Source of the DNA: Eledone cirrhosa | Lineage: Eukaryota | Length of the DNA stretch: 64,000 nt | Reading direction: 5' to 3' | Assembly: GCA_964016885.1 (NCBI GenBank) | Contig: OZ024740.1 | Location: forward strand, 138,446,001 to 138,510,000 | In this document: positions 52,895-64,000 of the stretch, one piece after another | How the letters are laid out: every line of letters begins with the position of its first letter | Numbering within the stretch: the stretch's first letter is position 1 | The notes under the pieces: model-generated | The model's input: only the letters and a program-made list of their open reading frames with translations | The model's database searches: none | What the model was told of the DNA's origin: nothing | Program-made: the position numbers and the translations under genes

Positions 52895-55800
52895 AACACA
52901 AGAGCAAGAATGAAGGGTTCATTCTACTGACATGGCTATAAAATTGAGGCTTGTTTGCATAATTGCAAACGAATCGAATGTTATTATTAATATTCGAAGA
53001 ACTCAGATTGTATATATATATATATTGATGGAACAACAATTTAAATGGGTCCATCTTCTCTCTTTCTGTCTTGTGTGTTATCGTAACCATATATCTTATG
53101 TAACTAATTTTATCTTGATGTTACATCGCTTCAATTCCTTGTAAGGATTTGAGATGTTTTTACATCGGTTTATTGGTCATTCAAATTCCATAAATTTAAC
53201 AGACTTTCATCACGGTATAAACCTCTCTGGAAAAACTGGAAACTTGTAAGAAGTCAATTTAGGATATATAACCTTATTAAAGCGAACATTTCAAAGAAAT
53301 CCTTGCTACTTATGCTAATATGAAAAGAAGCAAGGACATTAGTCGTTACTCATAAATCATTGTCAAATTATAAAATAGATTTTCTTTCGTGCATAGAAAT
53401 CTTGATGTGGGAGTCACTTATTGTAAAAACGTTAGCGAAATCTAATGCTTTTTGGACTAAATATTTGGTGATAGAATGGTTGTAGTTGATAACGTCAAAC
53501 TGAAACTATACTCATGCTTATTGTTGATATAAATCAAATTGAATTATGTCACTTTGATGTGTCATTAGTATATAGATTCATATATATCTGAATTACCTGC
53601 TCATCTATTCACATACCTACTCATTAACTGTTTCGCTGTCTTACAGTAATTAATCTGTTATACATATCAATTAATACCAACTTTGGATATTGTATACTAA
53701 TTATGAGTCATATTAGGTTAATAGAATACTCAGTCAATGTTGTCGTGTGTTAATCAAACTTTATTACCATTTGTTAACGTTATAGATATCATGTCATTAA
53801 CTTAGATTATTAATCAAAGTCAACACATGCTAGTAATGTCAAACATGGGCCGTCATGTAATATTACACAGGCAACCAGCAAACAGCAGAGACTCTAGGCC
53901 CTAGGGTGATCTGTAAAATTTACTTTCAATTATACATTAACGTCTTAAAAAAGATTTCTTATACTACACTGTATAGATATACGATACATGAAAAACGACG
54001 GGGTCGTCATTGCCTAAATTATTTTGATCATAAATTTGCTCAATTAATGTTAATCTTCATCCAATCAACAAGTAGCAGTAGGTCATCTGATGTTAAATTT
54101 GGTTAATGGATGTTATCGCAGCTAACTTCAATCATAAATGTATTATGATGGTTTACATAGTTCAACATGTGTTAACATCTGTAATAGATTTTATGGGATT
54201 TTATTTTCAAGGTTATGTAACACATTACCAAACCCACTCTCAGGTCCTTACTATACAATGGGGAAAATAATCTCCTTTATTTAGCTTCTAAAACAATTAC
54301 ATACATCCTTTTTCATACACACAATTACATGAAACGTTCAAAATTAGGAGTGTGAAGCGGGTACAAAAAGATGTGTGAAGACGAACAAGACAAAGATCTA
54401 CAGAAAATGAGGGGTGATTTAGAGACTTTATACAAAGATGTTTCTAAAATATGCGCAAAATAAAGACATATAATACTTAGATAAGGAGGCGAGAATAAGA
54501 TATTAGTTAAAAAAAGGCATATATAAAAAAACATTAGGGTTTCCATCCACACGGGCGAAAACCCTATGCTTATGTCGGGATAAAGAGCCCATGCGCGCCA
54601 AGCCTGCGATCTATTGTTCGTATTGGAGCTTTGTACACCCAGAATTTCCGGTTTATATTTTGTGGGTGTGATAGGACAAAACACATACCACGTCCTCTGG
54701 ATATTCCCGATTCGATATGTAATAACCTTCAGGTAACATCTTCGCCAATTATCTATCTACGGAGTCTTACCTGTATTTACCAATTATAAAATTGTCCTCT
54801 CATATGGATCTTTTGTCATTTACTATATATAGAAGGGAGTTATTTTTAGATTAAACGACTGTGAGACCAAGTAGTGGATTTCTCCACTTCTTCTGGAACT
54901 GTGGCCTTTAGTGTTCTGGAGACTAGGGTCAGCTTCCTGTGTAGGGTCAGCTTCCTGTAGCCTTGGTAGTTCTTCTCCAACTTTATTTTACCTTCTTCAG
55001 TTCTTCAAATGACCTTTGTTCTTTAATATGTAGCAACTAGGCTTTTTACCCTGCACTACGAGTCGCATCCCTTTTGTGTTTTATGTTTGTAACGGAACAC
55101 TGCCTCAATAATGCCCTGTGGCTTTCGGAGATCATTAGGACTTGTAATTATATTCTTACCCCTTCTGCGTACATATTGTCCTTTGTCCTCCCTGTTATGG
55201 CGATCCTCTCATATTATGATACAAACGTGATAGCAAGTAAAGAGTCAACAACGTTACCGATACTCCTCGCAGTCACCCTTGTGTTTTTTATTCCTCTGCC
55301 CAACTAATGAGGCAAATGTATCGATATGTGTGAGCTTCACACTTTCTGGTTGTTTTCGAGCTGAGTCTTCATTTTAAAAAATAACATGCACGATCTCATA
55401 TGTTATACTCTGCTGTAAGAATAGTATTCCCCCTACACATATCTGTCATAGCTTCTTTCATTTGTTCTTTGCAAGGAGCATAACCGTCCTCCATGTTTTT
55501 AAGGGAGCGTAGATTTTTTTGTCTTTGGTTGCTCCTATCAGTAGTCTTGTAGTTAGTTAATGCTACCCTTTGAAACTTGTTTCTCCTATAATGTTTCTCC
55601 TATAACGTTTGAAACGTGTTTCTCCTATAATGAAAGTTTCTTCAAAAGAAGAATTATGTTTAAATATGTTGTGTCACTCAGTAGGTTTGTAAATATACCT
55701 GTTACATTTGAAGGTGTCGAAATATTTTCGTTTGGCATAAATCGTTTGTACGCGTCAATGTAAATGTTGCTGACATTTTCACTTGAGGAATTCGAACTGG

Positions 55801-56229
55801 TATTTTGGAAGGCTGTAAAAAGGTTTTCCTTTTCTTTTTCTTTGTCTCTGTATTGAGCGATAATATTTTGCTGTGCAATTTCATAAATATTCTAATTTTT
55901 AAAATCTTTTTTTTTTATTCGAGGACTTGTCAATTATATTAAGGTAGATATGTTTGGAATTTTCATAACGATTTTCTGTACAGATGCTTTAATGAAAAAA
56001 TGACAGTTGTCTATAACAATTATATATTTCAACATATATTTTAGTTGAACTTGTATATAGTTGGACTTTCCACAACTTCTTCCAAGGTATCTGTACAAGT
56101 AAATTCAATAAAACTCTATTCTGTGTAGTAATTATTTTTTGCTTCGAGGAGTGACTCTTTAAAAAACTCCCCTGAGTGTCTCAGTAGCGAATAAAAAAAA
56201 ATAAAAAAAATAATAATAATAATAATAAT

Positions 56230-59200
56230 CACTGGGGGTGATGAAATCACCGGTGGTTATGTAACCTTACATTCACCAATCCTCGATATGAGTGTTTAAA
56301 TGTCGAACCTAAACAGTTCGAATAACGGTGAAGAGGAGACTGGAACGCCATGTGAAAGATTCTCACCCAGCAGGTGCTCCCTGGCCCAGCAGCAGGGACC
56401 TGGCTGTCATCCAAATACTGCTGGTGTTGGAGGAAGAAGAAGAAGGAAAGGGACAAGAACCAACTGGACGAAAGAATTGAATAGAACTGACATGGAATGT
56501 TACCTGAAGAGTAACCCCATGGAAAAAGGCTATAGGAAACGGATGCATAACATCTGGAACGAGATTGGTCTATTTAAATTTGATGAACAAAAATTGGCCG
56601 GGCAGGCTCGGGTAATAAGAACTAATGGATGGATAAGCGAGTTGGAACTGGAGGAACTGAGCAGAGAGATTAAGTTGGAAATGGAGAGTGGAGTATGTCA
56701 GGCAAACGAGCCAGTGGGAAATGAAGGTGAGGAGGTTGAGAGACCTGAGGAAGCATCCGAAGCATACAATGATCTGAATGCTGGAATAAATAACATCTGT
56801 TACAAAGATACAGCAATTGAGGAAATGAATGCTGACGGGCTAGGACAAGATTTGGTTGATATCCTGAACAATGATAGTGGAAAACCTATGAACCTAAGAT
56901 TTGTAGACAGGAAAAAATTAAAAGAAACAACAGCTAAGGTAAACAAAGTCATCCCATACCTTGAGGCGAGGAACCTTCACCAATGCAACAATATCCTCAA
57001 AGCAACAGAAAATGCGGTGAGGAAATTACTTGGCATAAAAACGAGAGGAAACAACAAACAAGAAAGATCGGAGCGTTGGTGGAAGAAACGACTGAATGGT
57101 CAAATCAAGGAAATGAGAAAAGGCATTGGAAAGCTTGTGTCCCTACTGAATGGGACACTAAAAAACATAGACACTAAAATTAGACTGGAAATAAAGTACA
57201 AAACTAGGAGGAAAAGGCTAAATATTATCATAGAGCAACTGAAGCAACGCATTGTAGCAAAAAGTGCAAAGATTAGGCGGTATGAGAGCAGAGTCAGTCA
57301 ATATAGGCAGAACCGCATGTTCGACAACAACCAGAAGATGCTGTTTGGACAGCTTGAAGGGAAAGAAAGAGGCAACGACTTCATCCATGAGGCGGAACAA
57401 ACTAAAACATTCTGGAGAGGAATATGGGAGCAGGATGTTGAACATAATGATCAGGCAGTGTGGATTGAGACAGTATAAAAGGAGATTAGGGAACAAGCAC
57501 ACCAACAAACTGATTTGAGTATCACAGTTGAAACTCTCAAAGGGCAGGCCAAAAAACTAACCAACTGGAAATCACCAGGCCCAGATGGTGTGCAGGGGTA
57601 TTGGATTAAAAATATAACATCCCTCCACCCGAAACTGACAACCATGTTCAATGACTGCTTGATGTCGGGTGAGGTACCAGAGTGGTTGACAACAGGTGCC
57701 ACAGTTCTGGTAATGAAAGACCGAATCAAGGGTAATGATGTTACCAACTATAGACCTATCACATGTCTGTCTGTGATGTGGAAACTGTTAACAAGCATTG
57801 TGTCTGAGGAAATCTACCATCACCTCCACATAAACAACTTGTTACCGGATGAACGGAAAGGATGCCGAAAGAAGTCCTGTGGTACAAAAGACCAGTTACT
57901 TATTGATAACATGGTAATGAGGAATTGCAAGAGGAGACACACTGGTCTTGCCATGGGATGGATAGATTACAAAAAGCATTCAACATGGTACCTCATTCTT
58001 GGATAACCAAAAGCCTAGATATCTTCAAGGTGGCAGATAATATCAGACAGTTGTTGAGCAAAAGTATGAAGTCCTGGAAAACAGCGTTAACATCGGGTGG
58101 AGAATCCCTGGGAGGCGTGAAGATCAAGAGAGGTATCTTCAAGGCAGATAGTTTGTCCCCTCTGCTGTTTGTCCTTGCCCTGATACCCCTGACCATTATA
58201 TTGCGAAAAGTGAGAGCAGGATACAAGTTGGAAAAAGGAGAGCTTACCATCAACCACCTCCTCTTCATGGACGATCTTAAACTCTTTGGGAAGAGTTAGA
58301 AGGAGTTGGATGTACTTGTTGACACTGTCCGTATTTTCAGCAATGATATATGTATGGAATTTGGTATTAGTAAGTGTGGAGTCCTAGTGATGAAGAGAGG
58401 TAAATTGAGCAGAAGCAACGGAATCCAGGTACCAACAGGTGAGATGATAAAGGAAATTGACACCGAAGAAGGATACAAATATTTAGGTGTTCTGGAGGCA
58501 GATGACATCAAGAACGAAAAAAATGAAGGAATTGATAAGATCTGAGTACATTAGGAGAGTAAGGAGCGTATTAAAATCACATCTAAATAGTAGGAATGTC
58601 ATAAGTGCAGTGAATTCCCGAGCTGTGTCTATTATTAGGTACAGTGCGGGAATTCTGAAATGAAATGTTGTTGAACAAAAGAAATGGATACGAAGACTAG
58701 GAAGCTATTGATTATCTACAACATGTTCCACAAGAGGAGTGATGTCGATAGACTCTACTTAAAGAGATCTGAAGGTGGAAGAGGTATTATCAGCATAGAG
58801 GACAGTGTTCAGATGGAGAAAAAACAACCTGCACAAATACGTGACTGACAGTAGGGAGCCAATGCTTAAAATTGTACTGAAGGAGAAGACAATAGAGCAG
58901 GGGATGTCCAAGGAGGAAATAACAACAAGGAGGTAGAGCAACCTTCATGAAAAATCCCTTCATAGTAACTTCTTTAAGAAAACTGAATTTAGAGATCCAT
59001 AGACATGGAACTGGTTGAAAAGAGGAGACCTTAAAAAGGCTACAGAAGGAATGCTTATGGCTGCGCAAGAGCAGGCCCTCAGAACGAAGTGGGTGAAACA
59101 CCATATTTACAAGGAGGAGGCTAGCCCACTGTGTAGGATCTGTGGAGAGAGAGAGAAGACTGTGGCTCACATTGTATCCAAGTGTAAACACCTAGCCCAG

Positions 59201-59745
59201 ACTCACTATAAAGGCTGGAGACATGATGTGATGGGTGATCCACTGGCACCTATGCAAAGTAAACAATTTACCACATTATGAGAAGTGGTATGAGCATAAG
59301 CCAGAGCCGGTGATAGAAAACTATCAGGTGAAGGTGCTGTGGGATTTTAGGATACAGACGGACAAGAAACTGAAACACAATAGGCCTGACCTGGTAGTTT
59401 TAGACAAGCAAAAAAGATCGTGCCTGATTGTAGATGTAGACTGCCCATTCGACACGAGAGTGCAAGAGAAGGAGAGGGAGAAAATTAACCGATACCAGGA
59501 CTTAAAGTGGGAGGTAAAAAGGATTTGGAACTGCCATGAAGGCAAGGTCGTCCCAATTGTCATAGGAGCACTAGGTACTATCTCAAACAGTTTCCAAGGT
59601 TGGTTAAAGAAGATTAGTCCAGCCTCGCGTTTTGGAACACTTCAAAGGGCATGCTTGCTGGGAACAGCAAGAACCCTCCGATACGTCCTGAATATCTGAG
59701 GCTGCAGGTAGTGGCTTGATATTCACTTCAACAAACTTTCCAGTT
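56230..59745 (+). mobile_element. Decayed near-full-length R4/Dong-like non-LTR retrotransposon (RT + CCHC + restriction-like endonuclease)
   Basis: Split ORF 56,300-59,699 with N-terminal GYRKRMHNIW..EQKLAGQARVI; RT motifs NWKSPGPDG, NYRPITCL, WIDYKKAF, RGIF(K)ADSLSPLLF, HLLFMDDLKL, YKYLG; CRICGE..TVAHIVSKC; RHD; WDFRIQTD..HNRPDLVV..IVDV.CPFD..EKINRYQDL. Several stops and frameshifts. Flanked by (AAT)n. Confidence 0.9.
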
Positions 59746-59937
59746 AAATAATTGTTTCTACTTTAGGCACAAGGCCAGCAATTTACCAGTGCATTACTGG
59801 TACTTTATTTTATCGACCCCGTAAGGATGAAAGGCAAAGTCAACCTCGGCGGGATTTGAACTCAGATCGTAAAGGGACGTAACTATGCTGGAAAGCATGG
59901 CGTCCGACCCTCTACCGATACTGCCAATCCACCGCCC
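59746..59937 (-). mobile_element. SINE (family 2) inserted at the LINE 3' end
   Basis: Reverse complement of 51,125-51,310 with few differences. Confidence 0.78.
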
Positions 59938-60237
59938 ATTGATGTTATTCAAAGAATAAAAAAATTAATAATAATAATGATAATAATAATAATGTTTACT
60001 TTATTAACCACAAGGGTTTACATAAAGTAGACATTAAGGACAGTACAGGACAATACAGGACGGTACAAATGGGCATTTCTGCGTGTAAAAAAAACGGAGG
60101 TTGAAATAAAATAACAAAGAAAAATTCCCCAACAGGGGGGAGACTTCCGAGGGACATTTGTGGAGAAAGCCCATTAAAAGACCACAGTGGCCCTGACCAC
60201 CAGGGCAAGTGCCCTCTCCCAGTTTTCCACCTTTAAT

Positions 60238-63200
60238 TTACAGACACATACTCAGAGAAGGCCCACTCATTCGGGCCATACTTGCTTCTCTCACCCATCT
60301 TTCAACAAAATGCTGGGAAGAGAGCACTTCCCTCTCTACCCTGATTTTCCTTTTCAAATGAAATTTGAAAAAGTTAATCAGGGCATCACCGAAGAGGTAA
60401 GTGCTCGTCTTCAGCCCTTTCAAACGTGTCCACCATACTATCTCTTTCGCCATGGCCACCAGACAGATAAAAACTGCCTACTCTTCCCGGCTAAAGGAAG
60501 GGGGCGGGGCAATCCTCACGATGGACTCAGCTGATAGCTGGATCCGTCCTACACGTGACAGCAGGTGTTCGACATAAACCCACAAGTCAGCAATGCTCGG
60601 AAACTGGACGAGTGCGTGCAGGACGGTTTCGTCGCCCTGCGCGCATCTCGGACATGCCCGGCTGACGGCACCTCCATGCCTGTAGAGTTTATCCCGAACT
60701 GGCAAAGCTCCTCGGTAGCACTGCCAGGCCAGGGATTTCTGGAAGTTGTCCATAGGCCCCGGCCCGAAAGTCCTTCCGAAGAGATTGGCTAGTTGATTTT
60801 CGTCGACGCCTAGAGTTTCTCCAAGTACGTCGTCGCTCTTCCCCTCCACTAATCCCCTATAGAACGCCAAGGTGGAGTTTCCACCGATCACATTGCCCGA
60901 TTGGTCGAGGGCTGTGAGCGCCTGAAGACATTCCAGTCTCCAAGCGCTCCCTCTCGGTCTTCGCTTGACCCAGGACTGCAGCTCCGTCAAGGAGACGAGC
61001 TGGGGAAAAACGTGTCTCGCAAACGGCGACCACACCTGATCACCGTCGAGGAAGAGGTGGAGATGTCGTAGCCTGAGCGCGTGTCTGCGCATCATCAGCC
61101 ACGGCAGCCCAGCCCTCCACGTAGCGGGTGTTGACAGCAGATGGACCGCCTGACCATCGGAGCGCGTCCCTTCCACAAGAAGCGAAAGAGCAAACGCTCC
61201 AGCGCAGTCAGGCGGGGCTTAGGACAAGGTACGACGGTCAGGCGGTAGTAGATGACGGATGCGATGTACGCATTCGCCACCTCCGCTCGACCTTTCAGGG
61301 ATAGCTTCCTCTCGGCCCATTTCTGGGTGAGGGAAGCCACCCTGCTCGTCACCTCGTCCCAGTTTTTGTTCGTCTGGAGGTCTGGACCGAACCAGACCCC
61401 TAGAAATTTAACTGGTCCGTCCGTCCAGCGACCGACGACGCTGTTGGACGGCATGGACCTGCCTCTCTAGGTGCCGAGCTGCAGGCTCACTGACTTTTCC
61501 TGGTTGATCATTGCTCCTGTCACCGCTTCGTATTCTCTTAGTGTAGTGCCGATCGCCTCGATGTGTTTGGCGTTCGACACCACTACGGTGACATCGTCGG
61601 CATATGCTGACACGGATCTTCCGCATCCTAGTTCGCGCGGGACCCCCCTCAACGTCTCCAGTTTGTGCAGTAATGGCTCGAGAGTCAATACGTACAATAG
61701 GGACGAGAGGGGACATCCTTGGCGGACCGAGCGCATGATGTTGAACGGTTCCGAAAGGTGACCGTTCACTCTCACTACAGAGCAGATGTCGCTGTGCATG
61801 GCAGCGATCCAGCCTCTGAAGACGGGCTCAAAGCCAGCCGCCCTCAGGACTGCCGCTAGGTAACGATGGTCGACCCTATCGAAGGCTTTCGACTGATCTA
61901 AATTGATCAAAGACCCACCCTAGCCAGGTTCCCTAGCTACCCTCTCTACGATGTATCGCATGAGGTGGAGGTTGTCGTGGATGGATCTGTCGGGAATGGC
62001 GCATGTCTGTGCCTCTCCCACTAGACCACCAACGACAAGCGCCAACCTCTTTGCTAGCACCTTGGCCAAAATCTTGAACTCTGTGTTTAGCAGAGTTATG
62101 GGCCTAAAATTTTCTATATTATCCCCCTTGTTCGGATCCTTTCTTAGCAGCGCCACCGCTCCTCGGCTCACAGAGCTGGGAATTCTCCCGTTCTGTTGCC
62201 AGTTGCAGTAGACGTCCGCCAAGAGGCCTCCGAACAAGTTTGGCATTTGTACGTAAAGTTCATAGGGCAGACCATCCAAACCAGGCGATTTACCCCTTGT
62301 GCAACTAGTCATTGCATCCCGTACTTCAGCGGTTGTTATCGGCTTTTCGCAACACTCCGCCTCAGTGGCCGAAAGCCGCGGCAGTCCGTCGAGGTAGATA
62401 CTAAAGTCCATCCCTCGATCCGGCCCGCCACTGCCCCCGAACAGTTGAGCGAAGTGTCGCTGAAAAGCTTCACACATTTGCCCGGGATCGAGTAGCATGC
62501 GCCCGTCGTGGTCCACCAAAGACCGGATCGTGGCTTTGTTGCCACGACGCGCCTCCGCCACTCGGGCCCATTGAACGGCTTTCGTCCCCTCGTGTCTGCG
62601 AGAACGCACCCTAGCTCTGACAACGCAGCCTTCGTGCTTTGCATTGAAGAATTGGTCAAGGGCCAATTTCGCCGCAAGTACGTCGGTCGCGATGCCTTTG
62701 CTAAGCGCCTCATCTAATTTTTTAACTAATTCTCCCTCTGCTCTATTTTTCTCTATTGCTAAAGTCTTACTAAACCTAGTGGACTCTATTCTAATCGCTC
62801 TTTTCAGAGCAAACCACCACTTGTTGTTGACGATGGCCCCCGTCAACGCCCGCTTAACTAGTTCGCTAATCCGGTCTCTGTAGGCCTTGCGCGCTGGTAA
62901 GGACGCGTTTAGCTTCCAGTAGCCGGGTCCTCGTCTATGAAGCCTATCTAAGTCAAGCACACAGATCACGAATTTGTGGTCCGTGTAGCTGACTATCTTG
63001 AATTGTGGACAGCCTATGCTAGACCTATCTATTTCCCTACAAAATACTCTATCTAGATATGATCTGGATGACCCTATGCGATTTGTCCAAGTCCACATTG
63101 GTACATTCAGGAAATCCATTCGGTACCTGTCAGACAGTTCAAAACGTCTGAGCAGGTTGGTGAGACTCTTGCACCCTCCTTCCCTATCCACTAATCCCAC

Positions 63201-63656
63201 ACAATCCCAGCGTGCATCTAAGATCCCGTTCCAGTCGCCCACTAACACTAAAGAGCGGGACGTTCCAAGAAAGGTCTCCAGACGCCGGAAGAAATCAGGC
63301 CGCCCTGCTCCTGTCGGGGCATAGACGGCCACTAACCTGAAAGCTAGCCCGTCTCCGCTGGTCACGTCCAGCACCACCAACTTACCTTCTGGGTCCAGGA
63401 AGATGGCCCGTATGGCAAGATCCAAACCTCTCCGAAAAAGCACAGCAACTCCTCGCCCCGATCCCGGACGGCTGGGAGATGCGTACACATCGTAGCCGCC
63501 GAAGATCGGTGCGAAAGCCTGTGCTTCGGAGATTCTGGTCTCGCTGATGGCCACTACATCTATGTTTAGTGACCTGAGGTCGTTGAGCAGGTGGCCCTGC
63601 TTCCATGACGACCCCAAGCCACGCGCATTTATGCTGCCAATTCTGAGTGAGGTCAT
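60238..63656 (-). pseudogene. ORF2 (APE endonuclease-reverse transcriptase-zinc finger), interrupted
   Basis: APE motifs SINARGL, ISET, YAP, GDWN, WTW, SYLDR, TDH; RT motifs KSPGLDGLPYELY, NFRPITLLN, LDQSKAFDRVDH, VRQGCPLS, AYADD, FLGVW; CPRCAQGDETVLHALVQ. Stops at ~61,920, ~61,467 and ~60,478, and a frameshift near 61,110. Confidence 0.9.
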
Positions 63657-63690
63657 GTTGAAAAGGAGTGGAAAAGATGGGAAAGACCAC

Positions 63691-64000
63691 TTACCTTACT
63701 TCTCGTAGGGGAAGGACGGTTTTTCCATCCTTTTCACTGCTTGTGGCCTCCTCAGGAAGGATGTCCTTATAAATCCTCCTGGAGAGTGCTTGTCGGAAGT
63801 CTCCGATGTCTTTGGGGAATTTTTGTTTCAGTGTCATGTACGTTTTCTGTGTGATGCGAGTGATTTGTACGTGTGGAGGTGGTGTGAATTTTGGGGTTGT
63901 TGTGTAGTCTTTTTCTGTGATGCTGGTGTTGTGTTGGATGTAGTGTAATAATTGCTTGTTGTTCAAATTTAATGCTGTGTAGTGTGTATCGTTTTGGTTG
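63691..64000 (-). CDS. Probable C-terminal end of retrotransposon ORF1
   Basis: Open frame ending 34 nt upstream of the ORF2 ATG on the same strand. Position only; no motif recognised. Confidence 0.45.
   Translation of the reverse strand, partial: NQNDTHYTALNLNNKQLLHYIQHNTSITEKDYTTTPKFTPPPHVQITRITQKTYMTLKQKFPKDIGDFRQALSRRIYKDILPEEATSSEKDGKTVLPLREVR

Larger units (their letters stand above)
52345..53009. mobile_element. Inverted repeat element (275-bp arms), each arm with a hammerhead ribozyme; Penelope pLTR-like
   Basis: Arms 52,345-52,619 and 52,735-53,009 are reverse complements with few mismatches (coordinate sum 105,354). The spacer has ~32-bp subrepeats, and short (TA)n lie near both ends. 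Confidence 0.88.
59994..64000 (-). mobile_element. Tx1-like (L1 group) non-LTR retrotransposon, extends beyond the window
   Basis: GC-richer than the flanks. ORF2 with APE and RT, preceded by the end of an upstream ORF. 3' end with AATAAA (~60,000) abutting (ATT)n. Confidence 0.9.

Noticed and set aside
52204-55632. Short direct duplications (GGAACTACTTCTACCAA x2, TAGGGTCAGCTTCCTGT x2, TTTCTCCTATAA x3)
   Set aside because: Ordinary slippage-type micro-duplications without further structure.
54330-55900. Possible CR1/L2 remnants (KMRGDLETLYK near 54,400)
   Set aside because: Only one short motif is discernible by eye; needs a profile search.
51125-59937. Inverted near-identical SINEs as termini of an 8.8-kb composite transposon
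   Set aside because: No target-site duplication seen; independent insertions of a young multi-copy SINE are the simpler explanation.
60187-63324. Plus-strand ORFs over the Tx1-like element and minus-strand ORFs over the R4-like element
   Set aside because: Antisense shadows of the retrotransposon reading frames.

Overview
Eukaryotic, AT-rich, repeat-dominated scaffold segment with no recognisable host gene; the SINE/microsatellite landscape resembles cephalopod (Octopus-like) DNA (inference). 1-37,109 is a 38-bp, G-free pyrimidine-rich satellite with kb-scale higher-order duplications, interrupted by a 200-N gap. The two apparent extra satellites at ~21,160-26,840 and ~26,890-27,500 are the same 38-mer under one letter substitution (G>T, T>A, A>C, C>C). 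20,026-33,673 is a variant-by-variant mirror palindrome whose centre matches a PacBio SMRTbell adapter under that substitution, so ~7 kb is almost certainly a mis-basecalled fold-back read. 37,110-64,000 is a transposon graveyard: a decayed hAT transposase, a Penelope-like GIY-YIG fragment, several fold-back palindromes in (TA)n, tRNA-derived SINEs, a decayed R4/Dong-like LINE and a Tx1-like LINE. The best biological candidate is a ~548-bp tandem array (42,751-46,700) with one type I hammerhead ribozyme per unit plus an inverted terminal copy (retrozyme or non-autonomous Penelope-like element). A second hammerhead family sits in an inverted repeat at 52,345-53,009. All calls are by eye; no searches were run.
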